From Candidatus Saccharimonadota bacterium (lineage in GTDB: Bacteria; Pseudomonadota; Gammaproteobacteria; Enterobacterales; Enterobacteriaceae): a DNA stretch of 32,000 nt. The position numbers were made by a program, and so were the translations under genes. Positions within the stretch are counted from its first letter, which is position 1. Each line of letters opens with the position of its first letter. The stretch lies in assembly GCA_041942055.1 (NCBI GenBank), contig CP145874.1, positions 240,001 to 272,000 on the forward strand. The letters are read 5' to 3'. The notes beneath the pieces are model-generated. The model worked only from the letters and a program-made list of their open reading frames with translations, was not told the DNA's origin and did not search any database. Positions 13,207-24,370 of this stretch are shown here, in pieces.

Positions 13207-14004
13207 ATGAGATTACATAATAATAAATTAGCATTGGGTATTGAATATAATGGAAGTCGATATTATGGTTGGCAATTTCAAAAATTCGTACCTAGTATAC
13301 AAGCTAGTATAGAGAAAGCATTATCAAAAATAGCAAATCATTCTATAAAAACCTATTGTGCAGGACGTACTGACGCCGGAGTACATAGTATAGGACAAGT
13401 AGCACATTTTGAAACTAATGCTTTACGTGATACATCCGCATGGATCAATGGAGTCAATAAATATTTGCCAAATGATATTGCTGTGCGTTGGGTAAAAAAT
13501 GTACCCAATGATTTTCACGCACGTTTTAGTGCAATTGCTCGTTTATATCGTTATATAATTGATAATTCTAGTTCTAGACCAGCACTATTTAATACCCAAG
13601 TGATGCACTATCATCAACTACTAGATGTAAAACGTATGCACATAGCCGGTCAATATCTAATTGGTGATAATGATTATAGTTCTTTTCGTGCTGCTAATTG
13701 TCAATCGCACTCATCTTGGAAAAAAATTATATATTTGAATGTAACTAGATATGGTTCTTATGTTGTAATAAACATAAAAGCTAATTCTTTTTTACGTCAT
13801 ATGGTACGTAATATAGTTGGTTGTTTGATAGAAGTAGGATGTGGTAAACATAATGAAAATTGGATAGCAGAAATTTTAGCCACTAAAAATCGTAAGAATG
13901 TCAAGTATAATACAGTTAAATCCAGCGGATTATATCTGGTAGCAGTTGATTATCCAAATTGTTTCAATTTACCCGATCCACATTTAGAGCGTTTATTTTT
14001 ATAA
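13207..14004 (+). CDS. truA: tRNA pseudouridine(38-40) synthase
   Basis: 265 aa. [15 protein letters not shown], the catalytic Asp motif [44 protein letters not shown], and [10 protein letters not shown]. Confidence 0.93.
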   Translation: MRLHNNKLALGIEYNGSRYYGWQFQKFVPSIQASIEKALSKIANHSIKTYCAGRTDAGVHSIGQVAHFETNALRDTSAWINGVNKYLPNDIAVRWVKNVPNDFHARFSAIARLYRYIIDNSSSRPALFNTQVMHYHQLLDVKRMHIAGQYLIGDNDYSSFRAANCQSHSSWKKIIYLNVTRYGSYVVINIKANSFLRHMVRNIVGCLIEVGCGKHNENWIAEILATKNRKNVKYNTVKSSGLYLVAVDYPNCFNLPDPHLERLFL

Positions 14005-14114
14005 AAAGTTCTTTCATTAATTTTCCTCATGAAAATGTCATTAATTAATTTAATGTACAGTACAATCTTTATTTATCAATAATTAGTTGAGTCCAAATCA
14101 AATATAGGTTAATT

Positions 14115-14714
14115 ATGAAGCGACTCATTATAGGTATTTCTGGAGCTAGTGGGATTATTTATGGTATCCGGATCTTACAGATTTTACAAAATATTAAAGA
14201 AGTAGAAACGCATCTGGTTATGAGTTTTTCTGCTAGAGAAACATTAACTATAGAAACCGAATATACATTAAGTGAAATAAAATTTCTTGCTGATATTGTA
14301 CATGACGTACGTAATGTTGCAGCCACAATTTCATCCGGTTCTTTTAAAACAGATGGTATGGTAATACTACCTTGTTCTATGAAAACTCTGTCTGGAATTG
14401 CAAACAGTTATACTGATAATTTATTAACACGTGCAGCTGATGTAGTATTAAAAGAAAAACGTAGATTAGTTTTAGGTGTTAGAGAAACTCCTATACATTT
14501 AGGACATTTACGCTTAATGTCAATGGTAGCTAAAATGGGAGCGATTATTATGCCACCAATTCCAGCATTTTATCACCGTCCAACAACTATACAAGACTTG
14601 TTAGATCAAACTGTAATTAGAGTATTAGATCAATTTGCAATAAAAATGCAAAAAGATTGTAATTTTTTCCGTTGGCACGGTTTTCCTTCTACTTATAAAC
14701 ATAAACCAAAGTAA
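14115..14714 (+). CDS. ubiX: Flavin prenyltransferase UbiX
   Basis: 199 aa. MKRLI.GISGASG.IYG, ETHLVMS, ISSGSF.T.GMVILPCS.KTLSGI..SYTD.LLTRAADVVLKE.R.LVL.VRETP.HLGHLRLM and MPP.PAFYHRP are colinear with E. coli UbiX. Confidence 0.93.
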   Translation: MKRLIIGISGASGIIYGIRILQILQNIKEVETHLVMSFSARETLTIETEYTLSEIKFLADIVHDVRNVAATISSGSFKTDGMVILPCSMKTLSGIANSYTDNLLTRAADVVLKEKRRLVLGVRETPIHLGHLRLMSMVAKMGAIIMPPIPAFYHRPTTIQDLLDQTVIRVLDQFAIKMQKDCNFFRWHGFPSTYKHKPK

Positions 14715-14738
14715 TAAAAATTCTAGTCAATATTCTAG

Positions 14739-14781
14739 GAGGCAGACATAGATAGATTCATTATTTATCTATGCCTGACTC
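14739..14781. terminator. Imperfect hairpin in the convergent gap between ubiX and the 290-aa ORF; possible bidirectional terminator or transcript-stabilising stem
   Basis: The core stem pairs CAGaCATAGATA (14743-14754) with TATCTATGcCTG (14766-14777): 11 of 12 pairs, one A/C mismatch. It extends outward with GAG/CTC-type pairs (14739-14741 with 14779-14781) and inward with AT/AT (14756-14757 with 14763-14764). No clear U-tract follows on either strand. Confidence 0.4.
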
Positions 14782-14803
14782 TTCTTACTACTGTCAATGG
14801 AAA

Positions 14804-15676
14804 TTAGATGTAATTCTTACGATGTCGGTGTCCTATTAATCCCATAATAGCAGCTAATAAACCTTCTAATAGAAGAAAACAAAATGTAAACCAACTGATT
14901 CTAGCTATGGTTTTAATAGTGGTTTTAGCAACATCCTTAAGGGTTTGAACCGTTTGATATTTTATTTGGTGATATTTTTGAAAAATTTTTTGGATTTGTT
15001 GCACTAATTGTTCTACTTGTGGGTCTGAGTATTTAGAATGTGATTTTATTAGATCTCGTAAATAGGCAAGATCACTATCTCTTAAAGTACTTTGATTAGA
15101 TTGAATGAGTTTTTGTAACCAATTAATAAGAGATGGATCAGAATAACCAGTTGTAGATTTCCAATGTAAAAGTTGCTCGAGTTCTTCTTTTAAAGAATCC
15201 AAAAGATTATTGGGCATAGTTTCATCTGTAAGTTGTTGTGTGACATGAGAGATTATAGAACCACTATTACTGATAGTTTGTAATCCAGTACTAATTAAAT
15301 TCATTGTGTTACTAATTGCACTAAAAAATATAAACAATAAAAAAACCGAATATATTAATGTATTTACTGACCACACAATAATACCATGAAAAATTCCATC
15401 ACTATTAGCTAGACGTCCTGAAATGTATGCTCCTACAGAAATAGCAACCAGCATACTAATAATAACCCAGGAAGTTAGACCGGTTCCAATATGATGATGG
15501 TTTTCAAAAATAATTTTAAGAGTATTAATAGCACCTACTGCACTTCCTAATATGAGAAATAAAATTTCGATGATAATAGATAGAATTACTCCTGCAAATA
15601 TAGAATTCCAAGAAAGAGATTTCAAAGGAACTTTTGAATCATTCATATCATTATTAATAGAATGTTGATTAAACAT
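14804..15676 (-). CDS. Hypothetical membrane protein with no family assignment
   Basis: An 873-nt open frame is very unlikely by chance in stop-rich AT-rich DNA. A strong AGGAG Shine-Dalgarno sits 8 nt upstream of the ATG (minus strand reads CAGGAGCATTCAATATG). By eye there are three N-terminal hydrophobic segments (about aa 24-50, 66-87 and 95-121), a Q/L/K-rich helical soluble region (about aa 122-258) and a C-terminal hydrophobic anchor (about aa 260-282). An internal repeat is present: YSDPSLINWLQKLIQ (aa 178-192) and YSDPQVEQLVQQIQK (aa 216-230). Confidence 0.75.
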   Translation of the reverse strand: MFNQHSINNDMNDSKVPLKSLSWNSIFAGVILSIIIEILFLILGSAVGAINTLKIIFENHHHIGTGLTSWVIISMLVAISVGAYISGRLANSDGIFHGIIVWSVNTLIYSVFLLFIFFSAISNTMNLISTGLQTISNSGSIISHVTQQLTDETMPNNLLDSLKEELEQLLHWKSTTGYSDPSLINWLQKLIQSNQSTLRDSDLAYLRDLIKSHSKYSDPQVEQLVQQIQKIFQKYHQIKYQTVQTLKDVAKTTIKTIARISWFTFCFLLLEGLLAAIMGLIGHRHRKNYI

Positions 15677-15870
15677 ATTGAATGCTCCTGTTTTATTTGT
15701 AATAGATCTACAGTAAGCGTAGACAGGTAATGAAAATTACACAAATGATTGCCACATTATTCCGGCAAGAAATTTTTAAAATTCTTCAACATATAAATGA
15801 ATTAACTAATTATCTTTCTAATAAAGAAGATATTATAGTATAGTTAATACTAATAATTGTTGTTAACCTT

Positions 15871-16272
15871 TTGAATAATCATATGAATATCATGTATTCT
15901 TTTAATTTTATGGTTTATTGTAGTATCAGCATAATTTTATGTGGTTTAATACTCTTATTATCATGGATTTTAGGTGGTAAATCTACTAACAGTAGAAATA
16001 AAAATCTTCCTTTTGAATCCGGTATTAATTCAGTTGGGAGTGCAAGATTACGTTTTTCTGCCAGATTTTTTTTAGTAGCTATATTATTTGTAATTTTTGA
16101 TGTAGAAGCTCTTTATTTATATGTTTGGAGTATAACTATCCGAGAAACCGGATGGTTAGGATTTACTGAAGCAGCAATTTTTATTTTGGTACTTTTAATT
16201 AGTCTAATTTATTTATTACGTTTTAATGCTTTACAATGTACTTTATCAAGACAAATCCATAAAAATAATTAA
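15871..16272 (+). CDS. nuoA: NADH-quinone oxidoreductase subunit A
   Basis: 133 aa from the TTG at 15871; the ATG at 15883 is an equally plausible start. [47 protein letters not shown] matches E. coli NuoA. Confidence 0.9.
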   Translation: MNNHMNIMYSFNFMVYCSISIILCGLILLLSWILGGKSTNSRNKNLPFESGINSVGSARLRFSARFFLVAILFVIFDVEALYLYVWSITIRETGWLGFTEAAIFILVLLISLIYLLRFNALQCTLSRQIHKNN

Positions 16273-16289
16273 AGAAGTGATCTATTAAA

Positions 16290-16943
16290 ATGAAATACAT
16301 TCAAAAAAAAATTCCTTCGAATTATATAAAAAACCATGCTACCAATTCCAACGTTGAAGAACAAATACAACATAATATTTATATGGGAAAACTTGAATCT
16401 TTTATTCAACAGTGGGTGAAATGGGGAAGGAAGAATTCTCTTTGGCCGTATAACTTCGGTCTTTCTTGCTGCTATGTTGAAATGGTTACAAGCTTTACTG
16501 CAGCTCATGATGTGGCGCGATTTGGATCAGAAGTTTTAAGAGCATCACCTAGACAAGCAGATTTTATGGTGATTGCTGGTACTCCATTTATTAAAATGGC
16601 TCCAATTATACAACGTCTTTATGATCAAATGTTAGAACCCAAATGGGTTATCTCTATGGGTGCTTGTGCAAACTCTGGAGGTATGTACAATATCTATTCG
16701 GTAGTGCAAGGAGTAGATAAATTTCTTCCTGTGGATGTATATATTCCGGGTTGCCCTCCTCGTCCTGAAGCGTATATACAAGCATTATTGTTATTACAAA
16801 AAGTTATAGATAATGAATCTCGACCTTTATCTTGGATAATTCAAGATCAGAAAATTTATTATATGGATATCATGTCCGAACGTGAAAAAAAAAGGAACCA
16901 GCGTATTAGTATAACTAATTTACCTTTACCAGATACAATCTAA
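16290..16943 (+). CDS. nuoB: NADH-quinone oxidoreductase subunit B
   Basis: 217 aa. [55 protein letters not shown] and [14 protein letters not shown] (the N2 cluster cysteines) nearly match E. coli NuoB. Confidence 0.95.
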   Translation: MKYIQKKIPSNYIKNHATNSNVEEQIQHNIYMGKLESFIQQWVKWGRKNSLWPYNFGLSCCYVEMVTSFTAAHDVARFGSEVLRASPRQADFMVIAGTPFIKMAPIIQRLYDQMLEPKWVISMGACANSGGMYNIYSVVQGVDKFLPVDVYIPGCPPRPEAYIQALLLLQKVIDNESRPLSWIIQDQKIYYMDIMSEREKKRNQRISITNLPLPDTI

Positions 16944-17009
16944 TTTATACAATAATAAGCCAAAATAAAGTAGGTTCAAAATAATTTATAAATCTCAATT
17001 GTTCAATTT

Positions 17010-18782
17010 ATGACAAATATTAATTTAATAAAAGAACCATCTAATGATCCTATAATTTATGATTTAGAAAAAAGATTTGGATCAAATGCTTTTATTATTC
17101 AATCAACGGATATGAATTTCCCAGTACTTTGGATAAAAAAGGAACAACTATTTAAAATAGTATCTTTTTTACGTTCCATACCTAAGCCTTATGTAATGTT
17201 ATATGATTTACACGCTATAGATGAACGTCTACGTACTTATCGTCAGGAATTACCAAAAGCGGATTTTTCTATATTTTATCATTTTTTATCTATTGAACGT
17301 AATTCAGACCTTATGATTAAAATTGCATTATCGGATGATAATCTTCAAGTATCTTCATTAACTAAATTATTTTATAACGCTAATTGGTATGAACGTGAAG
17401 TTTGGGATATGTTTGGAATCATTTTTATTGGACATCCAAATTTAACTAGAATCTTAATGCCACCCAAATGGGTAGGTTTTCCATTAAGAAAAGATTATCC
17501 TGCCCGTGCAACTGAATTTGATAGGTATACTCTTACAAAAAAAAAAGAAGATATAGAAATGGAAGCACTAACCTTTAATCCTGAAGATTGGGGTATGAAA
17601 TCTAAGACTGAAGATAAAGATTTTATGTTTCTGAATTTTGGTCCTAACCATCCTTCGGCACATGGAGCATTTAGAATTATCTTACAACTTGATGGAGAAG
17701 AAATTGTCAATTGTGTGCCCGATATAGGATATCATCATCGTGGTGCAGAAAAAATAGCCGAGATTAAAACTTGGCATAATTATATTCCTTATACAGATCG
17801 CATTGAATATTTAGGTGGTTGTATTAATGAAATGGCTTACATATTAGCAGTAGAAAAGCTAGCTGGTATAATAGTACCTGATAGAGTTAAAGTAATTCGT
17901 ATTCTTCTTTCGGAATTATTTCGTATTAATAGTCATCTTTTGTATATATCTACTTTTATTCAAGATATAGGATCTATGACCCCAGTATTCTTAGCTTTTA
18001 CTGATCGGCAGAAAATTTATGATTTAGTTGAAGCTATTACTGGTTGTCGTATGCATCCAGCATGGTTTAGAATAGGTGGGGTCGCACAGGATTTACCTAA
18101 AGGTTGGCAATATTTATTAAAAGAAATTATTAATTGGATACCCAAAAGACTTAATTTCTATATAAAAACTGCACTGAAAAATAGCATTTTAATAAAAAGA
18201 TCAAAAGGAATAGCAAGTTATGGAATACAAGAAGCTTTTGATTGGGGAGTAACAGGTGCGGGTTTGAGAGCGACAGGTATCGAATTTGATATTCGAAAAT
18301 CAAGACCGTATTCAGGATATGAAAATTTTGATTTTCAGATACCTATAGGTAATGGTATTAGTGATTGTTATAATAGAGTTATGTTAAAAGTAGAAGAAAT
18401 TTTTCAAAGTTTACATATTTTAGAACAGTGTTTAAATAATATGCCTTCGGGTCCATTTAAAGCAGATCATCCGTTAACTACTCCTCCTCCAAAAGAACGT
18501 TCATTACAACATATTGAAAGTTTAATTTTACATTTTATAAATTTGTCATGGGGACCAAGAATACCAGCAAATGAATCTTTTCAAATGGTAGAAGCTACCA
18601 AAGGTATTAATAGTTATTATTTAATTAGTGATGACAGTACCATGAGTTATAGAACAAGAATACGTACTCCAAGTTTTGCACACTTACAACAAATACCTTC
18701 GGTCATTCGAGGTAGCGTAATTTCAGATTTAGTGGTTTATTTAGGAAGTATTGATTTTGTTATGTCAGATGTGGATCGTTAA
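17010..18782 (+). CDS. nuoC: NADH-quinone oxidoreductase subunit C/D (fused)
   Basis: 590 aa in a single ORF. The N-terminal NuoC part carries [23 protein letters not shown], and the C-terminal NuoD part carries [25 protein letters not shown] and DFVMSDVDR at the C-terminus. The fusion is typical of Enterobacterales. Confidence 0.95.
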   Translation: MTNINLIKEPSNDPIIYDLEKRFGSNAFIIQSTDMNFPVLWIKKEQLFKIVSFLRSIPKPYVMLYDLHAIDERLRTYRQELPKADFSIFYHFLSIERNSDLMIKIALSDDNLQVSSLTKLFYNANWYEREVWDMFGIIFIGHPNLTRILMPPKWVGFPLRKDYPARATEFDRYTLTKKKEDIEMEALTFNPEDWGMKSKTEDKDFMFLNFGPNHPSAHGAFRIILQLDGEEIVNCVPDIGYHHRGAEKIAEIKTWHNYIPYTDRIEYLGGCINEMAYILAVEKLAGIIVPDRVKVIRILLSELFRINSHLLYISTFIQDIGSMTPVFLAFTDRQKIYDLVEAITGCRMHPAWFRIGGVAQDLPKGWQYLLKEIINWIPKRLNFYIKTALKNSILIKRSKGIASYGIQEAFDWGVTGAGLRATGIEFDIRKSRPYSGYENFDFQIPIGNGISDCYNRVMLKVEEIFQSLHILEQCLNNMPSGPFKADHPLTTPPPKERSLQHIESLILHFINLSWGPRIPANESFQMVEATKGINSYYLISDDSTMSYRTRIRTPSFAHLQQIPSVIRGSVISDLVVYLGSIDFVMSDVDR

Positions 18783-18783
18783 G

Positions 18784-19272
18784 ATGAATGAAATTCCTAA
18801 TATTTTTATATTAACTCTAAGAGAACAAAGTGAAATTGAAGAAGAAAAAAAACATTATGAAAATGCTAGAGCTGTTTCAGTTGAAGCTTTAAAAATTGTT
18901 CAAAAATATCGTGGTTGGGTACCTGATGGTGCAATTGAAGCCATTGCAAAAATATTAGGTATATCAACTAATGATCTTGAGGGTCTTGCTACTTTTTATA
19001 GTTCTATTTTTAGATATCCAGTAGGACGGCATATTATTCGATATTGTGACAGTTATATTTGTTATATGAATGGTTATGAAAAAAATAAACAAATTCTTGA
19101 GAAACATTTTAAAATCAAGGTAGGAGAAACTACCGAAGATAAACGTTTTACATTATTACCTACTAGTTGTCTTGGTTATTGTAATAAAAGTCCTGCATTA
19201 ATGATAGATGATAAAATTTACGGTCCAGTCAAATACAATTCAATTATTGGAATTATGGAACAATATTTTTGA
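18784..19272 (+). CDS. nuoE: NADH-quinone oxidoreductase subunit E
   Basis: The start is placed at ATG 18784 (MNEIPNIF...), one nt after the nuoCD stop. The ORF-track start at 18751 would overlap nuoCD and adds residues with no counterpart in E. coli Nuo[36 protein letters not shown] and LLPT.CLG.C are the 2Fe-2S motifs. Confidence 0.92.
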   Translation: MNEIPNIFILTLREQSEIEEEKKHYENARAVSVEALKIVQKYRGWVPDGAIEAIAKILGISTNDLEGLATFYSSIFRYPVGRHIIRYCDSYICYMNGYEKNKQILEKHFKIKVGETTEDKRFTLLPTSCLGYCNKSPALMIDDKIYGPVKYNSIIGIMEQYF

Positions 19273-20606
19273 TGAAAAAAACTAGCTCTTATGAAACGCA
19301 TCCATTAACGTGGAGATTACGTAAAGATACCAATCCCGTATGGATAAAAGAATATTGCAATAAAAGAGGTTATATAGCAGCTAAAAAAGCATTGCAAATG
19401 ATGACTCCAAATGAAGTAATAAACACCATTAAAAAATCTGGTTTAAAAGGAAGAGGAGGAGCGGGATTTCCAACGGGAACCAAATGGAGTTTTATGTCTT
19501 CTACTAAAAATGATGAAAAAACAGACCGTTATTTATTATGCAATGCAGATGAAATGGAACCAGGAACGTATAAAGATCGTCTATTATTAGAACAACTACC
19601 ACATTTAGTGATAGAAGGAATGTTAATTAGCGCTTTTGCATTGCAGGCAAATAAAGGTTATATTTTTTTACGTAGTGAATATATTCAAGCAGCTGTAAAT
19701 TTACGTACTGCTATTAATCAAGCAAATGAAGCGGGTTGGTTAGGGAAAAATATTATTAATACTGGGTTTGATTTTGAAATTGTTTTACATAGTGGTGCAG
19801 GAAGATATATATGTGGAGAAGAAACTGCATTAATAAATTCTCTTGAAGGATATCGTCCAAACCCCCGGGCTAAACCTCCCTTTCCTGCATTAGTAGGAGT
19901 ATGGGGAAAACCAACCTGTGTTAATAATGTTGAAACCTTATGTAATGTTCCTCCAATTATAGATAATGGAGTATCATGGTATGAAAGTATTTCAAAAAAT
20001 AATAGTAAGGACAATGGTACAAAATTAATGGGTTTTTCAGGTAGAGTAAAAAATCCGGGAGTTTGGGAATTACCATTTGGTATTTCAGCGGGTGAAATTT
20101 TGGGAGCTTATGCTGGAGGAATGTGTGATGGATTAACCTTAAAAGCTTGGCAACCTGGTGGAGCAAGTACTGCATTTTTAACTAGAGATCATTTGGATTT
20201 ACCTATGGATTTTGAGAGTTTAAATAAAATTGGAAGTCGTTTAGGTACTGCTTTAGCTGTAGCGGTTGATAATTGTATTAATATGGTATCGCTCCTTCGT
20301 AATATAGAAGAATTTTTTGCTCGCGAATCTTGTGGATGGTGTACTCCTTGTAGAGATGGTTTGCCTTGGATTGTAAATATATTAGTAGCACTTGAAGAAG
20401 GTCAAGGTAGATCGGGTGATATTGAAACACTTGAAAAATTATGTAAAGAATTAGGATCAGGAAAAGCCTTTTGTTATCATGCACCTGGAGCAGTAGAACC
20501 CTTAAAAAGTGCATTAAAATATTTTCGTGATGAATTTGAAACGGGGATGAATTATCATCCAATAGAAATCAATTTAATTAAGGGTATACAACCTAATTTC
20601 AATTAA
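19272..20606 (+). CDS. nuoF: NADH-quinone oxidoreductase subunit F
   Basis: The ATG at 19272 shares one nt with the nuoE TGA (TGATG); the ORF track starts one codon earlier at a [18 protein letters not shown] (FMN site), [13 protein letters not shown] and [12 protein letters not shown] (N3 cluster) are present. Confidence 0.95.
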   Translation: MKKTSSYETHPLTWRLRKDTNPVWIKEYCNKRGYIAAKKALQMMTPNEVINTIKKSGLKGRGGAGFPTGTKWSFMSSTKNDEKTDRYLLCNADEMEPGTYKDRLLLEQLPHLVIEGMLISAFALQANKGYIFLRSEYIQAAVNLRTAINQANEAGWLGKNIINTGFDFEIVLHSGAGRYICGEETALINSLEGYRPNPRAKPPFPALVGVWGKPTCVNNVETLCNVPPIIDNGVSWYESISKNNSKDNGTKLMGFSGRVKNPGVWELPFGISAGEILGAYAGGMCDGLTLKAWQPGGASTAFLTRDHLDLPMDFESLNKIGSRLGTALAVAVDNCINMVSLLRNIEEFFARESCGWCTPCRDGLPWIVNILVALEEGQGRSGDIETLEKLCKELGSGKAFCYHAPGAVEPLKSALKYFRDEFETGMNYHPIEINLIKGIQPNFN

Positions 20607-20645
20607 ATGGTTCAATAATCCTACTATAATTTTTACATATTTAAT

Positions 20646-23399
20646 ATGCTTAGAATTAATATAGATAGTAAAACATATGAAGTAGCAAACAATACAAAAA
20701 ATTTATTAGAAACTTGCTTATCATTAAATCTTGATCTGCCATATTTTTGTTGGCATCCAGCTTTAGGAAGTGTAGGTTCTTGTCGTCTTTGTGCAGTGAA
20801 ACACTATCAAAATTCTAAAGATCGGCAGGGTTCTTTAGTGATGTCATGTATGACACCTATATCCGATAATAGTTTTTTTTCTATACAAGATCTTGAAGCA
20901 AAAAAATTTCGCCAAAATATCCTAGAATTGTTAATGACAAATCATCCACATGATTGTCCCGTATGTGAAGAAGCTGGTAATTGTCATTTACAAGATATGC
21001 TTATAATGACAGGACATCATTTACGAAGTTATCGTTTTAAAAAACGTACCCATCGTAATCAAAATTTAGGTCCATTTATATCTCATGAAATGAATCGTTG
21101 TATTGTTTGTTACCGTTGTGTACGGTACTATAATAATTATGCTGATGGTAAAGATTTTGGAGTGTATGGTGCGCATAATAATATTTATTTTGGAAGAACT
21201 ACCGATGGAGTATTAGAAAACGAATTTTCCGGTAATTTAGTGGAAATTTGTCCAACTGGAGTTTTTACTGATAAAACTAGTTCAAAACATTATAGTAGAA
21301 AATGGGATATGCAATTTGCACCTAGCATTTGTCAACAGTGTAGTGTGGGTTGTAATATTAGTATTGGTGAGCGTTCGGGAATAATCAGACGTATTGAAAA
21401 TCGTTATCATGGGAAGATTAATCATTATTTTATTTGTGATCGTGGTAGATTTGGATATGGATATCTAAATTTATCGGATAGACCTCAGTATCCTTTAGAA
21501 TGTAGAAATGGAAAACAAACTGTACTAACTTCTAATCAAATTTTAAACCAAACTGTAGCAATACTACGAGATGCTAAAAAAATTATAGGAATTGGCTCGT
21601 GTCGTGCCAGTATAGAAAGTAATTTTGCACTTTGTGAATTAGTTGGATCAAAAAATTTCTATATAGCTGCAACCCATGATGAACAAAAAATCATCGCACT
21701 AATAATAAAAATATTATACTACAGTGGTATTTATACTCCTACTTTACGCGAAATAGAAAGTTATGATGCGATTTTAATTATCGGAGAAGATATTACGCAA
21801 ACTAGTCCTAGAATAGCATTAGCTGTTCGTCAAGCCGTTAAAAAATATGCTCATTATATTGCAAAAAAAAATAATTTACCAAGTTGGCAAATTGCAGCAG
21901 TTCTAGCTATAGGACAAGATAAAAAATATCCGTTATTCGTTACTAATGTAGATCGAACGGCTATCGATGATATTGCAACATGGAGTTACTATGCTTCAAT
22001 CGAAGATCAAGCAAGATTAGGTTTTGCGATTGCTCATAGACTTGATGAGAATGCACCTAAAGTTTCAGATTTAGATCATGAAATTATGATGAAAGCAGAT
22101 TGGATTGCTCAGACCTTAAAAAAAGCTAAAAAACCCTTGATTATTTCTGGAAGTAGTGCAGGTAATGAAGATTTAATTAAATCTGCTGTTAATGTTGCTA
22201 AATCACTCTTGGATTCTGGATCAAATGTAGGGATAACTTTATTACCTACTGAGGTTAATAGTCTTGGACTTGGTATTTTATCAGCTAAGAGTCAATTGTT
22301 AGAAATGGCTTTTAATGAATTTCAAAATAAAACCGCAGATACACTTATTATTCTAGAAAATGATTTATATCGTTTTTTTCAAACCGACAAAATAGATAAT
22401 CTTTTAGATAATATTAAGAATATTTTTGTATTAGATCATCAAAATACTAAAACATTAGAAAAGGCGGATTTTGTTTTTCCGGTCACTAGTTTTGCTGAAA
22501 GCGATGGTACAGTTATTAATCATGAAGTACGCGCTCAACGATTTTTTAAAGTGTATGATCCCACTTATTATAATCCTAATATTTCTATACAGACAAGCTG
22601 GCGTTGGTTGAATTTAATTAAATGTAAGAGTAATAACTCAGGTAGTGAAAAAAAATGGAAAAATATAGATAATGTTATTGAGGCTTGTATCAAGGTTTTT
22701 CCAAACTTAAAACATATTAGAGATGCAGCTCCTAAATCGGATTTTAGCATTGTTGGAAAAAAAATTGCAAGAAAATCCCCAAGATTTAGTGGTACAAACG
22801 CTATGTATACACATATTAATATGCATGAACCAAGTACACCCAAAGATTTAGATTCAATGTTTACGTTTTCTCAAGAAGGAATAAATAGTCCTTTTATGGA
22901 GAATAAGCATATACCTTTTCCTTGGGCTCCAGGATGGAATTCAATTCAAGCGTGGAATAAATATCAAAAAGAAGTAGGAGGAAAATTACGTTATGGTGAT
23001 TCTGGAATTCGATTAATTGAATATAGAAAACCTGAATTGTCTTGGTTTACTGAAATTCCAAGGATTTTCATTAAGAAATTACATAAATGGCGTATAGTGC
23101 CATATTATCATTTATTTGGGAGTGAGGAACTATCTCAAAAGAGCAAAGTCATACAAAAAAGAATTCCCTCATTTTACTTTATGATGAATTATCAAGATGC
23201 ATCATCTTTAGGATGGTCTATAAATAGTAGAGTAGAATTAACTATTCAGAAGAATATTCTCATTTTATTTCTATATATGTCTCAGAAATTATCTTCGGGT
23301 TTAATCGGATTACCTTTAGGATTTCGTGGAATTCCATTAGAATTGAATGGTATTTGTGTTGATCTAGATAACTTTAGGATTTTAAATAATGGATTTTGA
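20646..23399 (+). CDS. nuoG: NADH-quinone oxidoreductase subunit G
   Basis: 917 aa. It has the N-terminal 2Fe-2S motif (CWHP.LG.VG.CR.CAV), [23 protein letters not shown] and the molybdopterin-oxidoreductase-like C-terminal part. Length is close to E. coli NuoG. Confidence 0.95.
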   Translation: MLRINIDSKTYEVANNTKNLLETCLSLNLDLPYFCWHPALGSVGSCRLCAVKHYQNSKDRQGSLVMSCMTPISDNSFFSIQDLEAKKFRQNILELLMTNHPHDCPVCEEAGNCHLQDMLIMTGHHLRSYRFKKRTHRNQNLGPFISHEMNRCIVCYRCVRYYNNYADGKDFGVYGAHNNIYFGRTTDGVLENEFSGNLVEICPTGVFTDKTSSKHYSRKWDMQFAPSICQQCSVGCNISIGERSGIIRRIENRYHGKINHYFICDRGRFGYGYLNLSDRPQYPLECRNGKQTVLTSNQILNQTVAILRDAKKIIGIGSCRASIESNFALCELVGSKNFYIAATHDEQKIIALIIKILYYSGIYTPTLREIESYDAILIIGEDITQTSPRIALAVRQAVKKYAHYIAKKNNLPSWQIAAVLAIGQDKKYPLFVTNVDRTAIDDIATWSYYASIEDQARLGFAIAHRLDENAPKVSDLDHEIMMKADWIAQTLKKAKKPLIISGSSAGNEDLIKSAVNVAKSLLDSGSNVGITLLPTEVNSLGLGILSAKSQLLEMAFNEFQNKTADTLIILENDLYRFFQTDKIDNLLDNIKNIFVLDHQNTKTLEKADFVFPVTSFAESDGTVINHEVRAQRFFKVYDPTYYNPNISIQTSWRWLNLIKCKSNNSGSEKKWKNIDNVIEACIKVFPNLKHIRDAAPKSDFSIVGKKIARKSPRFSGTNAMYTHINMHEPSTPKDLDSMFTFSQEGINSPFMENKHIPFPWAPGWNSIQAWNKYQKEVGGKLRYGDSGIRLIEYRKPELSWFTEIPRIFIKKLHKWRIVPYYHLFGSEELSQKSKVIQKRIPSFYFMMNYQDASSLGWSINSRVELTIQKNILILFLYMSQKLSSGLIGLPLGFRGIPLELNGICVDLDNFRILNNGF

Positions 23400-24348
23400 A
23401 ATATTTTTAAATATCTCAAAATCCATAATGATATTATTAGGAGTTTTATTTTGCAGTGCTTTTATGAGTTTTATTGAAAGAAGAGTTTTAGCATTATTAC
23501 AAAATAGATATGGTCCTAATAAAGTAGGATGGCAGGGTTTATTGCAAGTATTTGCTGATATGATAAAAATTTTATTTAAAGAAGATTGGATACCTCCTTT
23601 TTCAGATCGATTCGTATTTACCATAGCTCCTATTATTACATTCAATAGTTTATTGTTATGTTTTACTATTATACCAGTTACTAAAAGTTGGATAGTAATG
23701 AATTTTAATTTGGGGGTATTGTTTTTTTTGATGATGGCTGGTTTATCTGTTTATGCAGTATTGTTGGCTGGATGGGCAAGTAATAATAAATATTCTCTTA
23801 TTGGTGCGTTAAGAGCAGCAGCACAAACTCTGAGTTATGAAGTGTTTCTTGGTTTATCTTTAATGGGAGTTGTAGCAAAAGCAGGTTCTTTTAATCTCAT
23901 AGAAATTGTTGAGAATCAAATTAATATATGGAATATAATTCCTCAATTTTTGGGATTTATTACTTTTTTTATAAGTGGTATTGCTCTTTGTCATCGTCAT
24001 CCATTTGACCAACCGGAAGCCGAACAAGAATTAGTATCCGGCTATAATATAGAATATTCGGGAATGAAATTTGGTTTATTTTTTATAAGTGAGTATATTG
24101 GAATTTTGACGATTTCATCATTCATAGTTACACTATTTTTTGGAGGATGGAATGGTCCGTGGTTACCATCATTTATATGGTTTTTTATTAAAACGAGTTT
24201 TTTTACCATTATATTTATCTTAATACGAGCCTCCTTACCAAGACCGCGTTACGACCAATTAATATCTTTCGGTTGGAAGGTTTGCTTACCCCTGACTTTA
24301 TTTAATTTGCTCATTACTGCAGCAGTAATTTTATTCTATCAATCATAG
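23389..24348 (+). CDS. nuoH: NADH-quinone oxidoreductase subunit H
   Basis: 319 aa, polytopic. [24 protein letters not shown]...[45 protein letters not shown] and R...PR.RYDQL. It overlaps the nuoG 3' end by 11 nt. Confidence 0.95.
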   Translation: MDFEIFLNISKSIMILLGVLFCSAFMSFIERRVLALLQNRYGPNKVGWQGLLQVFADMIKILFKEDWIPPFSDRFVFTIAPIITFNSLLLCFTIIPVTKSWIVMNFNLGVLFFLMMAGLSVYAVLLAGWASNNKYSLIGALRAAAQTLSYEVFLGLSLMGVVAKAGSFNLIEIVENQINIWNIIPQFLGFITFFISGIALCHRHPFDQPEAEQELVSGYNIEYSGMKFGLFFISEYIGILTISSFIVTLFFGGWNGPWLPSFIWFFIKTSFFTIIFILIRASLPRPRYDQLISFGWKVCLPLTLFNLLITAAVILFYQS

Positions 24349-24370
24349 TAATTAATAGGAAAGTCACTTT

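Noticed and set aside
18751-18783. ORF-track start of nuoE at 18751 ([11 protein letters not shown]...)
   Set aside because: This start would overlap the last 32 nt of nuoCD and add residues with no counterpart in NuoE. The ATG at 18784 gives an N-terminus that aligns with E. coli NuoE.
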